Positions 7,933-17,206 are shown, counted from the first letter of the stretch. The stretch: 32,066 nucleotides of DNA from a virus (IMGVR_UViG_2565956714_000003); one strand, 5' to 3'. Program-made: numbers and translations. Notes: a model not told the origin generated them from the letters alone.

Positions 7933-8630
7933 AAAACATCGCCGCACAAATGGTTAACTTTGACTGTGAGCAGATGCGTCGGATCGCCAACAACATGCCG
8001 GAACAGTACGACGAAAAGCCACAGGTACAGCAGGTAGCGCAGATCATCAACGGTGTGTTCAGCCAGTTACTGGCAACTTTCCCGGCGAGCCTGGCTAACC
8101 GTGACCAGAATGAACTGAACGAAATCCGCCGCCAGTGGGTTCTGGCTTTCCGGGAAAACGGGATCACCACAATGGAACAGGTTAACGCAGGAATGCGCGT
8201 AGCCCGTCGGCAGAATCGACCATTCCTGCCATCACCCGGGCAGTTTGTCGCCTGGTGCCGGGAAGAAGCATCCGTTACCGCCGGGCTGCCAAACGCCAGC
8301 GAGCTGGTTGATATGGTTTACGAGTATTGCCGGAAGCGCGGGCTGTATCCGGATGCAGAGTCTTATCCGTGGAAATCAAACGCGCACTACTGGCTGGTTA
8401 CCAACCTGTATCAGAACATGCGGGCCAATGCGTTGACTGACGCGGAATTACGGCGCAAGGCTGCCGATGAACTGTCCTGTATGACCGCACGAATTAACCG
8501 TGGTGAGGCTATACCTGAACCAGTAAAACAACTTCCTGTCATGGGCGGTAGACCTCTAAATCGTGCACAGACTCTGGCGAAGATCGCAGAAATCAAAGCT
8601 AAGTTTGGGCTGAAAGGAGCAAGGGTATGA
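7929..8630 (+). CDS. P: Replication protein P (DnaB helicase loader)
   Basis: 233-aa ORF near-identical to lambda P (MKNIAAQMVNFDCEQMRRIANNMPEQYDEKPQVQQVAQIINGVFSQLLATFPASLANRDQNE...); ATGA overlap with O. Confidence 0.97.
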   Translation: MKNIAAQMVNFDCEQMRRIANNMPEQYDEKPQVQQVAQIINGVFSQLLATFPASLANRDQNELNEIRRQWVLAFRENGITTMEQVNAGMRVARRQNRPFLPSPGQFVAWCREEASVTAGLPNASELVDMVYEYCRKRGLYPDAESYPWKSNAHYWLVTNLYQNMRANALTDAELRRKAADELSCMTARINRGEAIPEPVKQLPVMGGRPLNRAQTLAKIAEIKAKFGLKGARV

Positions 8631-8929
8631 CGGGCAAAGAGGCAATTATTCATTACCTGGGGACTCATAAGAACTTCTGTGCGCAGGACGTTGCCGCGGT
8701 AACAGGCGCAACCGTAACCAGCATAAATCAGGCTGCGGCTAAAATGGCGCGGGCAGGAATCCTGGTCGTTGATGGTAAGGTCTGGCGAACGGTGTATTAC
8801 CGGTTCGCTACCAGAGAAGAACGGGAAGGAAAGGTGAGCACGAATCTGATTTTTAAGGAGTGTCGCCAGAGTGCCGCGATGAAACGGGTATTGAGGGTAT
8901 ATAAAAGAACATCAATGGGTACACAATGA
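8627..8929 (+). CDS. ren: Ren protein (lambda-like)
   Basis: ORF MTGKEAIIHYLGTHKNFCAQDVAAVTGATVTSINQAAAKMARAGILVVDGKVWRTVYYRFATREEREGK... matches lambda Ren. Confidence 0.9.
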   Translation: MTGKEAIIHYLGTHKNFCAQDVAAVTGATVTSINQAAAKMARAGILVVDGKVWRTVYYRFATREEREGKVSTNLIFKECRQSAAMKRVLRVYKRTSMGTQ

Positions 8930-8996
8930 TGAAACAGGTGAGTTGAGTTCAAACTGTAGTACAATTCTCTCCAGTTTGAACAGGAAAGAATATGCT

Positions 8997-9329
8997 ATGA
9001 ACCCTTATATTTATCTTGGTGGTGCAATACTTGCAGAGGTCATTGGTACAACCTTAATGAAGTTTTCAGAAGGTTTTACACGGTTATGGCCATCTGTTGG
9101 TACAATTATTTGTTATTGTGCATCATTCTGGTTATTAGCTCAGACGCTGGCTTATATTCCTACAGGGATTGCTTATGCTATCTGGTCAGGAGTCGGTATT
9201 GTCCTGATTAGCTTACTGTCATGGGGACTTTTCGTCCAACGGCTGGACCTGCCAGCCATTATAGGCATGATGTTGATTTGTGCCGGTGTGTTGGTTATTA
9301 ATCTATTGTCACGAAGCACACCACATTAA
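8997..9329 (+). CDS. emrE: Small multidrug resistance (SMR) efflux transporter EmrE
   Basis: 110-aa ORF MNPYIYLGGAILAEVIGTTLMKFSEGFTRLWPSVGTIICYCASFWLLAQTLAYIPTGIAYAIWSGVGIVL... recognised as EmrE (four TM helices, conserved membrane Glu in the first helix). Confidence 0.95.
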   Translation: MNPYIYLGGAILAEVIGTTLMKFSEGFTRLWPSVGTIICYCASFWLLAQTLAYIPTGIAYAIWSGVGIVLISLLSWGLFVQRLDLPAIIGMMLICAGVLVINLLSRSTPH

Positions 9330-9359
9330 AAATAATTTGTTTCTAAACTACTAAAATAT

Positions 9360-9400
9360 GGAGGCTCTTATATTTATATGAGCCTCGTTTTATGCTTTTT
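9360..9400 (+). terminator. Rho-independent terminator downstream of emrE
   Basis: Stem GGAGGCTC/GAGCCTC with AT-rich loop, followed by GTTTTATGCTTTTT. Confidence 0.6.
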
Positions 9401-9585
9401 GTTAATGTCTTTATTTTTTTATGTATTCTTTTGTGCTTTCAAGATTATGGCGTAAGAAAATTGCAATACGATTATTGTTGTATATTCAAGATAATGTGAC
9501 CTTAATTGTCTTTTTAAATAAAAATTAAACAAAAATTATATCCCACCACTAATGTTTATAAAAGCATACGTTAGCAGGTGTCACC

Positions 9586-11112
9586 ATGAAAAAAGCCATA
9601 GCATATATGCGATTTTCATCACCAGGTCAGATGTCTGGCGACTCATTAAACCGACAGAGAAGACTTATTGCTGAATGGTTAAAGGTAAATAGTGATTATT
9701 ATCTTGATACCATAACATATGAAGATTTAGGATTAAGTGCATTCAAAGGAAAGCATGCACAATCAGGAGCTTTTTCGGAATTTTTAGATGCTATAGAGCA
9801 TGGTTATATATTGCCAGGAACTACATTGTTAGTTGAAAGTCTGGACAGACTTTCAAGAGAAAAAGTCGGTGAAGCGATTGAACGTCTGAAATTGATTTTG
9901 AATCACGGTATTGATGTTATAACTCTTTGCGACAATACAGTCTATAATATTGACTCTTTGAATGAGCCATATTCATTAATAAAAGCCATACTTATAGCAC
10001 AAAGGGCAAATGAAGAAAGCGAGATAAAGTCAAGTCGGGTTAAATTATCATGGAAGAAAAAACGGCAGGATGCACTGGAATCAGGTACGATTATGACGGC
10101 GTCTTGTCCGAGATGGCTCTCCTTAGATGACAAAAGAACGGCTTTTGTTCCAGACCCCGACAGGGTGAAAACTATTGAGCTAATTTTTAAACTCAGGATG
10201 GAAAGGCGCTCATTGAATGCAATAGCCAAGTATTTAAATGATCATGCTGTAAAGAATTTCTCAGGAAAAGAAAGTGCATGGGGACCTTCTGTAATTGAAA
10301 AATTATTAGCGAATAAAGCTCTGATAGGTATATGCGTACCTTCATATCGTGCAAGAGGGAAAGGAATAAGTGAAATCGCGGGCTATTATCCCAGAGTCAT
10401 ATCAGATGATTTGTTTTACGCTGTACAGGAAATTCGGTTGGCACCTTTTGGTATTAGCAATAGTAGCAAGAATCCTATGCTAATAAATCTACTTCGAACA
10501 GTTATGAAGTGTGAGGCTTGTGGTAATACCATGATTGTTCATGCGGTATCTGGAAGTTTGCATGGCTATTATGTTTGTCCGATGAGAAGATTACATCGAT
10601 GTGACAGGCCATCAATAAAAAGAGATTTGGTTGATTATAATATCATTAATGAATTGCTTTTTAATTGTAGCAAAATTCAACCAGTTGAAAACAAGAAAGA
10701 TGCTAATGAAACTTTAGAGTTAAAAATTATTGAGCTTCAGATGAAAATTAATAATTTAATCGTTGCATTGTCTGTCGCGCCTGAAGTTACCGCTATAGCA
10801 GAGAAAATAAGACTATTAGATAAGGAATTACGAAGGGCTTCGGTATCATTGAAAACTTTGAAGAGTAAAGGTGTAAATTCATTCAGTGATTTTTATGCTA
10901 TTGACTTAACCAGTAAAAATGGACGAGAGTTATGCCGTACACTTGCCTATAAAACATTCGAAAAAATCATAATTAATACGGATAATAAAACCTGTGATAT
11001 CTATTTTATGAATGGCATTGTTTTTAAACACTATCCTTTAATGAAAGTAATATCCGCCCAGCAGGCGATAAGTGCTCTCAAATATATGGTTGATGGTGAG
11101 ATTTATTTCTAA
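9586..11112 (+). CDS. ybcK: Large serine recombinase (resolvase/invertase-type catalytic domain plus recombinase and Cys-rich zinc-ribbon region)
   Basis: 508-aa ORF; N-terminal AIAYMRFSSPGQ matches the serine-recombinase active-site motif Y-x-R-x-S-x3-Q; Cys cluster CEACGN...CPMRRLHRCDRP; gene body AT-rich. Confidence 0.85.
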   Translation: MKKAIAYMRFSSPGQMSGDSLNRQRRLIAEWLKVNSDYYLDTITYEDLGLSAFKGKHAQSGAFSEFLDAIEHGYILPGTTLLVESLDRLSREKVGEAIERLKLILNHGIDVITLCDNTVYNIDSLNEPYSLIKAILIAQRANEESEIKSSRVKLSWKKKRQDALESGTIMTASCPRWLSLDDKRTAFVPDPDRVKTIELIFKLRMERRSLNAIAKYLNDHAVKNFSGKESAWGPSVIEKLLANKALIGICVPSYRARGKGISEIAGYYPRVISDDLFYAVQEIRLAPFGISNSSKNPMLINLLRTVMKCEACGNTMIVHAVSGSLHGYYVCPMRRLHRCDRPSIKRDLVDYNIINELLFNCSKIQPVENKKDANETLELKIIELQMKINNLIVALSVAPEVTAIAEKIRLLDKELRRASVSLKTLKSKGVNSFSDFYAIDLTSKNGRELCRTLAYKTFEKIIINTDNKTCDIYFMNGIVFKHYPLMKVISAQQAISALKYMVDGEIYF

Positions 11113-11310
11113 ATAATGATCTTGGATTTTAAGTTATGCTATGATGATAAAGTGCAAGACAGAATTAATTATCTTTAACGAAACTTAATGGGTAATTACT
11201 TTGTTTGCTCCCACAAGCGAGTTTTGTACGGCTGTATTGGGGTAGTAAATGAGCTATACAATCTTAATCATTTGTTAGGTGAGAACTCTTGGTCGCAGAT
11301 TCAAATACTG

Positions 11311-11360
11311 AAAATACGTGACAAATTATTATGAGCAAAATGGTGTATGTCACGTATTTT
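11311..11360. repeat. 50-bp palindromic element: 13-bp perfect inverted repeats flanking a 24-bp spacer
   Basis: AAAATACGTGACA (11311..11323) and its exact reverse complement TGTCACGTATTTT (11348..11360) in the AT-rich ybcK-ybcL intergenic region. Confidence 0.8.
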
Positions 11361-11575
11361 GAATGGTAGGTTAAAAAATAACACCGACTTTCGTAGGTAT
11401 TACTAATAATAAAGCAGAGTTTTTAATAGTATCAATGTGCTTTGTGTATATTGTGGCAAATAATTGGGTTGGGGGTACAATTGTGATTGCTTTTGCATGA
11501 ACATTGCGCCTTTATGCATAATGAGATAAAGGAATATCAAATAAAATAACGATAGGTCATAACAAAGAGGTTTTT

Positions 11576-12127
11576 ATGAAAACACTTATCGTTTCAACTG
11601 TATTGGCATTCATAACATTTTCTGCGCAGGCTGCAGCATTTCAGGTCACTAGTAATGAAATAAAAACAGGAGAGCAACTTACAACGTCTCATGTCTTTTC
11701 TGGATTTGGGTGTGAAGGTGGTAATACATCGCCCTCATTAACCTGGTCTGGTGTTCCTGAAGGTACCAAAAGCTTTGCCGTAACTGTATATGATCCAGAT
11801 GCACCTACAGGCAGTGGTTGGTGGCATTGGACTGTTGTTAATATTCCAGCAACAGTAACATATTTGCCCGTTGATGCAGGAAGACGTGATGGAACAAAAC
11901 TGCCGACTGGTGCTGTTCAAGGCCGAAATGATTTTGGCTATGCTGGGTTTGGTGGCGCATGTCCTCCTAAAGGAGATAAACCACATCATTACCAGTTTAA
12001 AGTATGGGCTCTAAAAACTGAAAAGATTCCTGTAGATTCTAACTCCAGCGGAGCGTTAGTTGGTTATATGCTTAATGCTAATAAAATCGCAACCGCTGAG
12101 ATAACACCAGTTTATGAGATAAAGTAG
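11576..12127 (+). CDS. ybcL: Periplasmic PEBP/RKIP-family protein (UPF0098)
   Basis: 183-aa ORF with signal peptide MKTLIVSTVLAFITFSAQA and PEBP-like core (YDPDAP...GWWHW...HHYQFKVWAL). Confidence 0.9.
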   Translation: MKTLIVSTVLAFITFSAQAAAFQVTSNEIKTGEQLTTSHVFSGFGCEGGNTSPSLTWSGVPEGTKSFAVTVYDPDAPTGSGWWHWTVVNIPATVTYLPVDAGRRDGTKLPTGAVQGRNDFGYAGFGGACPPKGDKPHHYQFKVWALKTEKIPVDSNSSGALVGYMLNANKIATAEITPVYEIK

Positions 12128-12136
12128 GGTGAGAGT

Positions 12137-12934
12137 ATGCTGGCAAGAGGTAAGACTAACTTAAAGATCGAAGAAATACGGATGCATAAACATCATGAGA
12201 TTCATAGGGTTAAGCCTCTTATGCCAGCTTTGTGTCGTATCCGTCAGGGAAAGAAAGTTATCAATTGGGAGACGCATACTTTAACTGTTGATAATAATCA
12301 AATAATATTATTTCCTTGTAGTTATGAATTTTATATTGAGAATTATCCTGAAGCAGGGCTTTATCTTGCAGAAATGCTTTACTTACCCATTGATTTAATT
12401 GAGAGGTTCCAAAAACTTTATACGGTAACTGATCAAATACGTAACAAAACAAGTTTCTTTTTACCTCAGAATCCTGAGTTAATATATTGTTGGGAGCAAC
12501 TAAAAACATCTGTTTCCCGAGGCTTCTCAACTAAAATTCAGGAGCACTTAGCAATGGGCGTTCTACTTTCGTTAGGAGTGAATCATGTTAATCATTTACT
12601 TTTATCATATAGTAAACAATCATTGATAAGTCGTTGTTATAACCTGCTGCTATCCGAACCCGGCACAAAATGGACAGCAAACAAGGTTGCACGATATCTC
12701 TACATTTCTGTTTCTACATTACATCGCCGTCTAGCAAGCGAGGGGGTAAGTTTCCAAAGTATACTGGACGATGTGAGGTTAAATAATGCGTTGTCTGCTA
12801 TACAAACGACGGTAAAACCTATAAGCGAGATTGCCAGAGAAAATGGTTATAAGTGTCCTTCTCGTTTTACTGAAAGATTTCATAATCGTTTTAATATAAC
12901 ACCAAGAGAGATAAGAAAAGCTTCCAGAGAGTAA
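12137..12934 (+). CDS. ybcM: AraC-family transcriptional regulator
   Basis: 265-aa ORF starting 9 nt after the ybcL stop (operon-like); C-terminal AraC-type HTH region ([21 protein letters not shown]...[18 protein letters not shown]). Confidence 0.85.
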   Translation: MLARGKTNLKIEEIRMHKHHEIHRVKPLMPALCRIRQGKKVINWETHTLTVDNNQIILFPCSYEFYIENYPEAGLYLAEMLYLPIDLIERFQKLYTVTDQIRNKTSFFLPQNPELIYCWEQLKTSVSRGFSTKIQEHLAMGVLLSLGVNHVNHLLLSYSKQSLISRCYNLLLSEPGTKWTANKVARYLYISVSTLHRRLASEGVSFQSILDDVRLNNALSAIQTTVKPISEIARENGYKCPSRFTERFHNRFNITPREIRKASRE

Positions 12935-12998
12935 AAGTGTTTTAAGAAGGAGCAATTCTATCGATTTTGATTTTGGGAAATCAACACGGCATAATTAT

Positions 12999-13027
12999 GT
13001 CACCGGAGCCTGAACAACTCCGGTGAC
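12999..13027 (+). other. Perfect 10-bp stem-loop between ybcM and ylcH
   Basis: GTCACCGGAG (12999..13008) ... CTCCGGTGAC (13018..13027) with 9-nt loop; no U-run follows. Confidence 0.5.
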
Positions 13028-13050
13028 TTCTGCGCTAAACGGGGACGTTT

Positions 13051-13152
13051 ATGCGCACATACAATCCAACCTCTCTTCTCCATTCACAGATGCAGAAATG
13101 CACCTGCGATATTTTGCATCCAGCGTTTGATCTCTGCGGAGGTGAAGCGTGA
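13051..13152 (+). CDS. ylcH: Small protein YlcH-like (33 aa)
   Basis: Short [36 protein letters not shown] with RBS GGGGA; its stop overlaps the ybcN GTG start region. Confidence 0.55.
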   Translation: MRTYNPTSLLHSQMQKCTCDILHPAFDLCGGEA

Positions 13153-13604
13153 ACCTCCCACAAGATGGTATCAAATTGCATCGCGGTAACTTCACCGCTA
13201 TCGGTCGGCAGATCCAGCCTTATCTGGAGAACGGCAAATGCTTTCGCATGGTGCTTAAACCGTGGCGCGAGAGACGCAGTCTTTCCCAGAATGCACTCAG
13301 CCACATGTGGTACAGCGAAATCAGTGAATACCTCATCAGCAGGGGTAAAACGTTCGCCACTCCAGCTTGGGTAAAAGATGCTCTCAAACACACATATCTC
13401 GGTTATGAAACCAAAGACCTGGTTGATGTCGTAACCGGTGATATCACCACTATCCAGTCGTTACGCCATACCTCCGATCTTGATACCGGAGAGATGTATG
13501 TCTTCCTGTGTAAGGTTGAAGCCTGGGCGATGAATATTGGTTGCCATCTGACTATTCCGCAGAGCTGCGAGTTCCAGCAGCTCCGCGACAAGCAGGAGGC
13601 GTAA
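13149..13604 (+). CDS. ybcN: NinB-like recombination protein (YbcN)
   Basis: 151-aa ORF with GTG start preceded by GGAGG; recognised as the NinB/YbcN family. Confidence 0.85.
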   Translation: MNLPQDGIKLHRGNFTAIGRQIQPYLENGKCFRMVLKPWRERRSLSQNALSHMWYSEISEYLISRGKTFATPAWVKDALKHTYLGYETKDLVDVVTGDITTIQSLRHTSDLDTGEMYVFLCKVEAWAMNIGCHLTIPQSCEFQQLRDKQEA

Positions 13605-13774
13605 TGGCTACACCGCTTATTCGTGTCATGAACGGACACATCTACAGAGTACCAAATCGTCGTAAGCGTAAACCTGAGCTGAAGCCATCCGAAATACCAA
13701 CACTGCTCGGGTATACCGCCAGCCTGGTTGATAAAAAATGGTTGCGACTGGCAGCAAGGAGGAGTCATGGCTGA
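13604..13774 (+). CDS. ninE: NinE protein
   Basis: 56-aa [59 protein letters not shown]; TAATG overlap with the ybcN stop. Confidence 0.85.
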   Translation: MATPLIRVMNGHIYRVPNRRKRKPELKPSEIPTLLGYTASLVDKKWLRLAARRSHG

Positions 13775-14057
13775 TTTGAGAAAAGCAGCGCGTGGTCGGG
13801 AATGCCAGGTAAGAATCCCTGGCGTATGTAATGGCAACCCTGAAACGTCTGTACTGGCACATATCCGGCTGACTGGATTGTGCGGCACCGGTACCAAACC
13901 GCCAGACCTGATTGCCACCATTGCATGTTCTGCCTGCCACGACGAAATCGACCGCCGCACACATTTTGTCGATGCTGCATATGCAAAAGAATGCGCGCTG
14001 GAAGGTATGGCGAGAACACAGGTTATCTGGCTGAAAGAGGGGATTATTAAGGCGTGA
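13767..14057 (+). CDS. ybcO: YbcO-like Cys-rich putative nuclease (DUF1364)
   Basis: 96-aa ORF with RBS AAGGAGGAG; Cys/His-rich ([11 protein letters not shown]...CSACHDEID); overlaps the ninE 3' end. Confidence 0.8.
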   Translation: MADLRKAARGRECQVRIPGVCNGNPETSVLAHIRLTGLCGTGTKPPDLIATIACSACHDEIDRRTHFVDAAYAKECALEGMARTQVIWLKEGIIKA

Positions 14058-14416
14058 ATACCTACAGCATCACATTACCCTGGCCTCCGAGCAATAATCG
14101 CTATTACCGCCATAATCGCGGGCGCACGCACGTCAGCGCAGAGGGGCAGGCATACCGCGATAACGTCGCCCGAATCATTAAAAACGCAATGCTGGATATC
14201 GGCCTGGCTATGCCTGTGAAAATCCGCATTGAGTGCCACATGCCGGATCGCCGTCGCCGTGACCTGGATAATCTGCAAAAAGCCGCTTTTGACGCACTCA
14301 CTAAAGCAGGTTTCTGGCTGGATGATGCTCAGGTCGTTGATTACCGCGTTGTGAAGATGCCTGTTACCAAAGGTGGGAGGCTGGAACTGACCATCACCGA
14401 AATGGGGAATGAATGA
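14054..14416 (+). CDS. rusA: RusA Holliday-junction resolvase
   Basis: 120-aa [41 protein letters not shown]... recognised as RusA; GTG start overlapping the ybcO stop (GTGA). Confidence 0.93.
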   Translation: MNTYSITLPWPPSNNRYYRHNRGRTHVSAEGQAYRDNVARIIKNAMLDIGLAMPVKIRIECHMPDRRRRDLDNLQKAAFDALTKAGFWLDDAQVVDYRVVKMPVTKGGRLELTITEMGNE

Positions 14417-14553
14417 TGTTTGAGTTTTATATGGCAGAACGTCTTCGCCACCGCTGGGGGCGTCTGCGCTTATATCGTTTCCCCGGTTCTGTTTTGACCG
14501 ATTACCGAATACTGAAGAATTACGCCAAAACCCTGACAGGAGCAGGAGTATGA
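14413..14553 (+). CDS. ylcG: Small protein YlcG-like (46 aa)
   Basis: [49 protein letters not shown] overlapping the rusA stop. Confidence 0.6.
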   Translation: MMFEFYMAERLRHRWGRLRLYRFPGSVLTDYRILKNYAKTLTGAGV

Positions 14554-14638
14554 AGTCAGAGATAACAATCAACTAATACTGTTTCGTTGATTTTTGCTTG
14601 TAATTGGCGTTCTGGTCTGATTTTTGTGGAGTAAGTTG

Positions 14639-15022
14639 ATGCGTGATATTCAGATGGTTCTTGAGCGTTGGGGAGCGTGGGCGGCTAATAATCATGAAGA
14701 TGTGACCTGGTCGTCCATTGCCGCCGGTTTTAAGGGATTAATTACTTCAAAAGTAAAATCTCGCCCGCAATGTTGTGACGATGACGCGATGATTATTTGC
14801 GGGTGCATGGCCCGTCTGAAAAAGAACAACAGCGATTTGCACGATTTATTAGTAGATTATTATGTAGTCGGTATGACATTCATGTCACTGGCAGGTAAGC
14901 ATTGCTGCTCTGATGGTTATATCGGGAAAAGGTTACAGAAGGCTGAGGGCATAATTGAAGGGATGTTAATGGCATTAGATATCCGGTTAGAGATGGATAT
15001 CGTTGTTAATAACTCTAATTAA
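14639..15022 (+). CDS. quuD: Late-gene antiterminator Q (QuuD type)
   Basis: 127-aa [27 protein letters not shown]... with Cys-rich region ([16 protein letters not shown]); RBS GGAG; lies immediately before the late region. Confidence 0.85.
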   Translation: MRDIQMVLERWGAWAANNHEDVTWSSIAAGFKGLITSKVKSRPQCCDDDAMIICGCMARLKKNNSDLHDLLVDYYVVGMTFMSLAGKHCCSDGYIGKRLQKAEGIIEGMLMALDIRLEMDIVVNNSN

Positions 15023-15034
15023 TATGCCAATTGT

Positions 15035-15073
15035 TTACTAAAAATTATTAAAAATGGGGCGTTGAGACGCCCC
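15035..15073 (-). terminator. Candidate rho-independent terminator for the porin gene (minus strand)
   Basis: Hairpin GGGGCG-TTGAGA-CGCCCC (15056..15073) followed on the minus strand by a U-rich run (plus strand CTAAAAATTATTAAAAAT 15038..15055). Confidence 0.5.
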
Positions 15074-15161
15074 CAAAAATAAAGGGTAATATATAACAGA
15101 AGGTTTATATAGTTAGAAGCAAGGTTGTGCTTCTAAAGGAAGTGGCTTGAGGGAGCCACTT

Positions 15162-15203
15162 ATATGTTGGGGAGGCAACGCCTCCCGCAACATATCTTTT
15201 TCG
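15162..15203 (+). terminator. Strong rho-independent terminator on the plus strand downstream of Q (tR'-like candidate)
   Basis: About 15-bp stem ATATGTTGGGGAGGC / GCCTCCC(G)CAACATAT with 3-nt loop, followed by CTTTTTC (15196..15202). Confidence 0.6.
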
Positions 15204-16131
15204 TAATCAGATTAGAACTGGTAAACCAGACCTACAGCAACGATGTCATCAGTGCTTACACCGAGTGCTTTAGTGAAGTCATTTTTGTCAAGCAGGTTGA
15301 TTTTGTAATCAACGAAAGTAGACATATTTTTGTTGAAGTAATAGGTTGCACCTACATCAACATATTTGACTAAGTCCTGATCGCCCCATACTCCAAGATC
15401 TTTACCTTTAGATTGCAGGTAAGCAACGGACGGACGCAGACCGAAATCGAACTGATATTGTGCAACAGCTTCGAAGTTTTGGGCTTTATTAGCAACGAAG
15501 TGATCAGCAAATACAGTCATATTCTGGGTTTCAGAATAGGTAGTGGCCAGGTAAATGTTGTTAGCGTCATATTTCAGACCTGCGGCCCAAACTTCTGCAT
15601 TTTTACCGGAAGCAAATACTTCAGGAAGAACTTTCCCTGCATTAACTTGAGTGTCGGTACGATCAGATTTCGCATAAGTTGCACCGATACCGAATCCTTC
15701 GTATTCATAGGTAGCAGAGAAACCGAAGCCATCACCGTTACCTTCAGTGTAGTTATCGAAATCGCTACGATCGTTTTTGCCTTGGTACTGAGCAGCAAAG
15801 TTCAGACCATCAACCAGACCAAAGAAGTCGTTGTTACGATAGGTTGCAACACCAGTGGTGCGACCAGTCATGAACACATCTGTTTGGGTCCAGGTATCGC
15901 CACCGAATTCTGGCAGAACGTCAGTCCACGCACCGATGTCGTATGCTACACCGTAGTTACGGCCGTAATCGATTGAGCCGTAGTCACCGAATTTCAGGCC
16001 TGCAAATGCAAGACGGGTTTTGTCTTTGGAGGAACCTTGAGATTCAGCGCGGTTGCCTTTGAATTCATATTCCCACTGACCGAAACCAGTCAGTTGATCG
16101 TTGATTTGGGTTTCACCTTTGAAGCCAAGAC

Positions 16132-16140
16132 GGGCATAAG
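16132..16140. repeat. Target-site duplication (left copy) GGGCATAAG
   Basis: Identical 9-mer directly flanks both IS ends (16132..16140 and 17198..17206). Confidence 0.95.
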
Positions 16141-17197
16141 GGCTTTGTTGAATAAATCAGATTTCGGGTAAGTCTCCCCCGTAGCGGGTTGTGTTTTCAG
16201 GCAATACGCACGCTTTCAGGCATACCTGCTTTCGTCATTTTGTTCAGCGCTCGTACCAGGGCCATAGCCTCCGCAACCTGACCATCGTAGTCACGCAGCG
16301 TCAGTGAACCCCCGAACAGCTGTTTTACCCGGTACATCGCCGTTTCCGCTATCGAGCGACGGTTGTAATCTGTTGTCCATTTCCACCGCGCATTACTCCC
16401 GGTCATTCGCTGATTAGCCACTGCACGGTTACGGTCTGCATATTCACCGGGCCAGTAACCCGCACCTTTTCGGGGAGGGATAAGCGCGCTGATTTTCTTA
16501 CGCCGCAGTTCATCGTGACATAGCCGGGTATCGTAAGCGCCATCGGCGGCGGCTGACCTGATTTTCCGGTGGGTTTGCCGGATTAACCCGGGGAAGGCCT
16601 CTGAGTCCGTAACGTTGTTCAGCGACAGGTCAGCGCAGATGATTTCATGTGTTTTACTGTCAACGGCGAGATGCAGCTTACGCCAGATACGGCGGCGTTC
16701 CTGGCCATGCTTTTTGACTTTCCACTCGCCTTCACCGAAGACCTTCAGCCCGGTGGAATCAATTACCAGGTGTGCGATTTCACCCCGGGTGGGCGTTTTG
16801 AAACTGACATTAACCGACTTTGCCCGCCTGCTGACACAGCTGTAATCCGGGCAGCGTAGCGGAACGTTCATCAGAGAAAAAATGGAATCAATAAAGCCCT
16901 GCGCAGCGCGCAGGGTCAGCCTGAATACGCGTTTAATGACCAGCACAGTCGTGATGGCAAGGTCAGAATAGCGCTGAGGTCTGCCTCGTGAAGAAGGTGT
17001 TGCTGACTCATACCAGGCCTGAATAGCTTCATCATCCAGCCAGAAAGTTATGGAGCCACGGTTGATGAGGGCTTTATTGTAGGTGGGCCAGTTGGTGATT
17101 TTGAACTTTTGCTTTGCCACGGAACGGTCTGCGTTGTCGGGAAGATGCGTGATCTGATCCTTCAACTCAGCAAAAGTTCGATTTATTCAACAAAGCC
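16141..17197 (-). mobile_element. IS903/IS102-type insertion sequence (IS5 family), complete, 1057 bp
   Basis: Perfect 18-bp terminal inverted repeats GGCTTTGTTGAATAAATC (16141..16158) and GATTTATTCAACAAAGCC (17180..17197); 9-bp direct target duplication; one transposase ORF. Confidence 0.9.
16197..17165 (-). CDS. IS903-type transposase (DDE)
   Basis: 322-aa ORF filling the IS; start 32 bp inside the right inverted repeat. Confidence 0.85.
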   Translation of the reverse strand: MKDQITHLPDNADRSVAKQKFKITNWPTYNKALINRGSITFWLDDEAIQAWYESATPSSRGRPQRYSDLAITTVLVIKRVFRLTLRAAQGFIDSIFSLMNVPLRCPDYSCVSRRAKSVNVSFKTPTRGEIAHLVIDSTGLKVFGEGEWKVKKHGQERRRIWRKLHLAVDSKTHEIICADLSLNNVTDSEAFPGLIRQTHRKIRSAAADGAYDTRLCHDELRRKKISALIPPRKGAGYWPGEYADRNRAVANQRMTGSNARWKWTTDYNRRSIAETAMYRVKQLFGGSLTLRDYDGQVAEAMALVRALNKMTKAGMPESVRIA

Positions 17198-17206
17198 GGG
17201 CATAAG
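17198..17206. repeat. Target-site duplication (right copy) GGGCATAAG
   Basis: Identical to 16132..16140. Confidence 0.95.

Noticed and set aside
12261-12530. 89-aa minus-strand ORF inside ybcM
   Set aside because: Antisense ORF in AT-rich DNA; the sense-strand AraC-family gene explains the region
13035-13391. 118-aa minus-strand ORF
   Set aside because: Antisense to ylcH and ybcN, which have RBSs and recognisable products
16141-17197. Expectation that the porin gene is disrupted by IS5, as in the K-12 DLP12 locus
   Set aside because: The element here is 1057 bp with 18-bp inverted repeats GGCTTTGTTGAATAAATC and a 9-bp duplication, and its transposase does not resemble IS5 InsH; it is an IS903/IS102-type element
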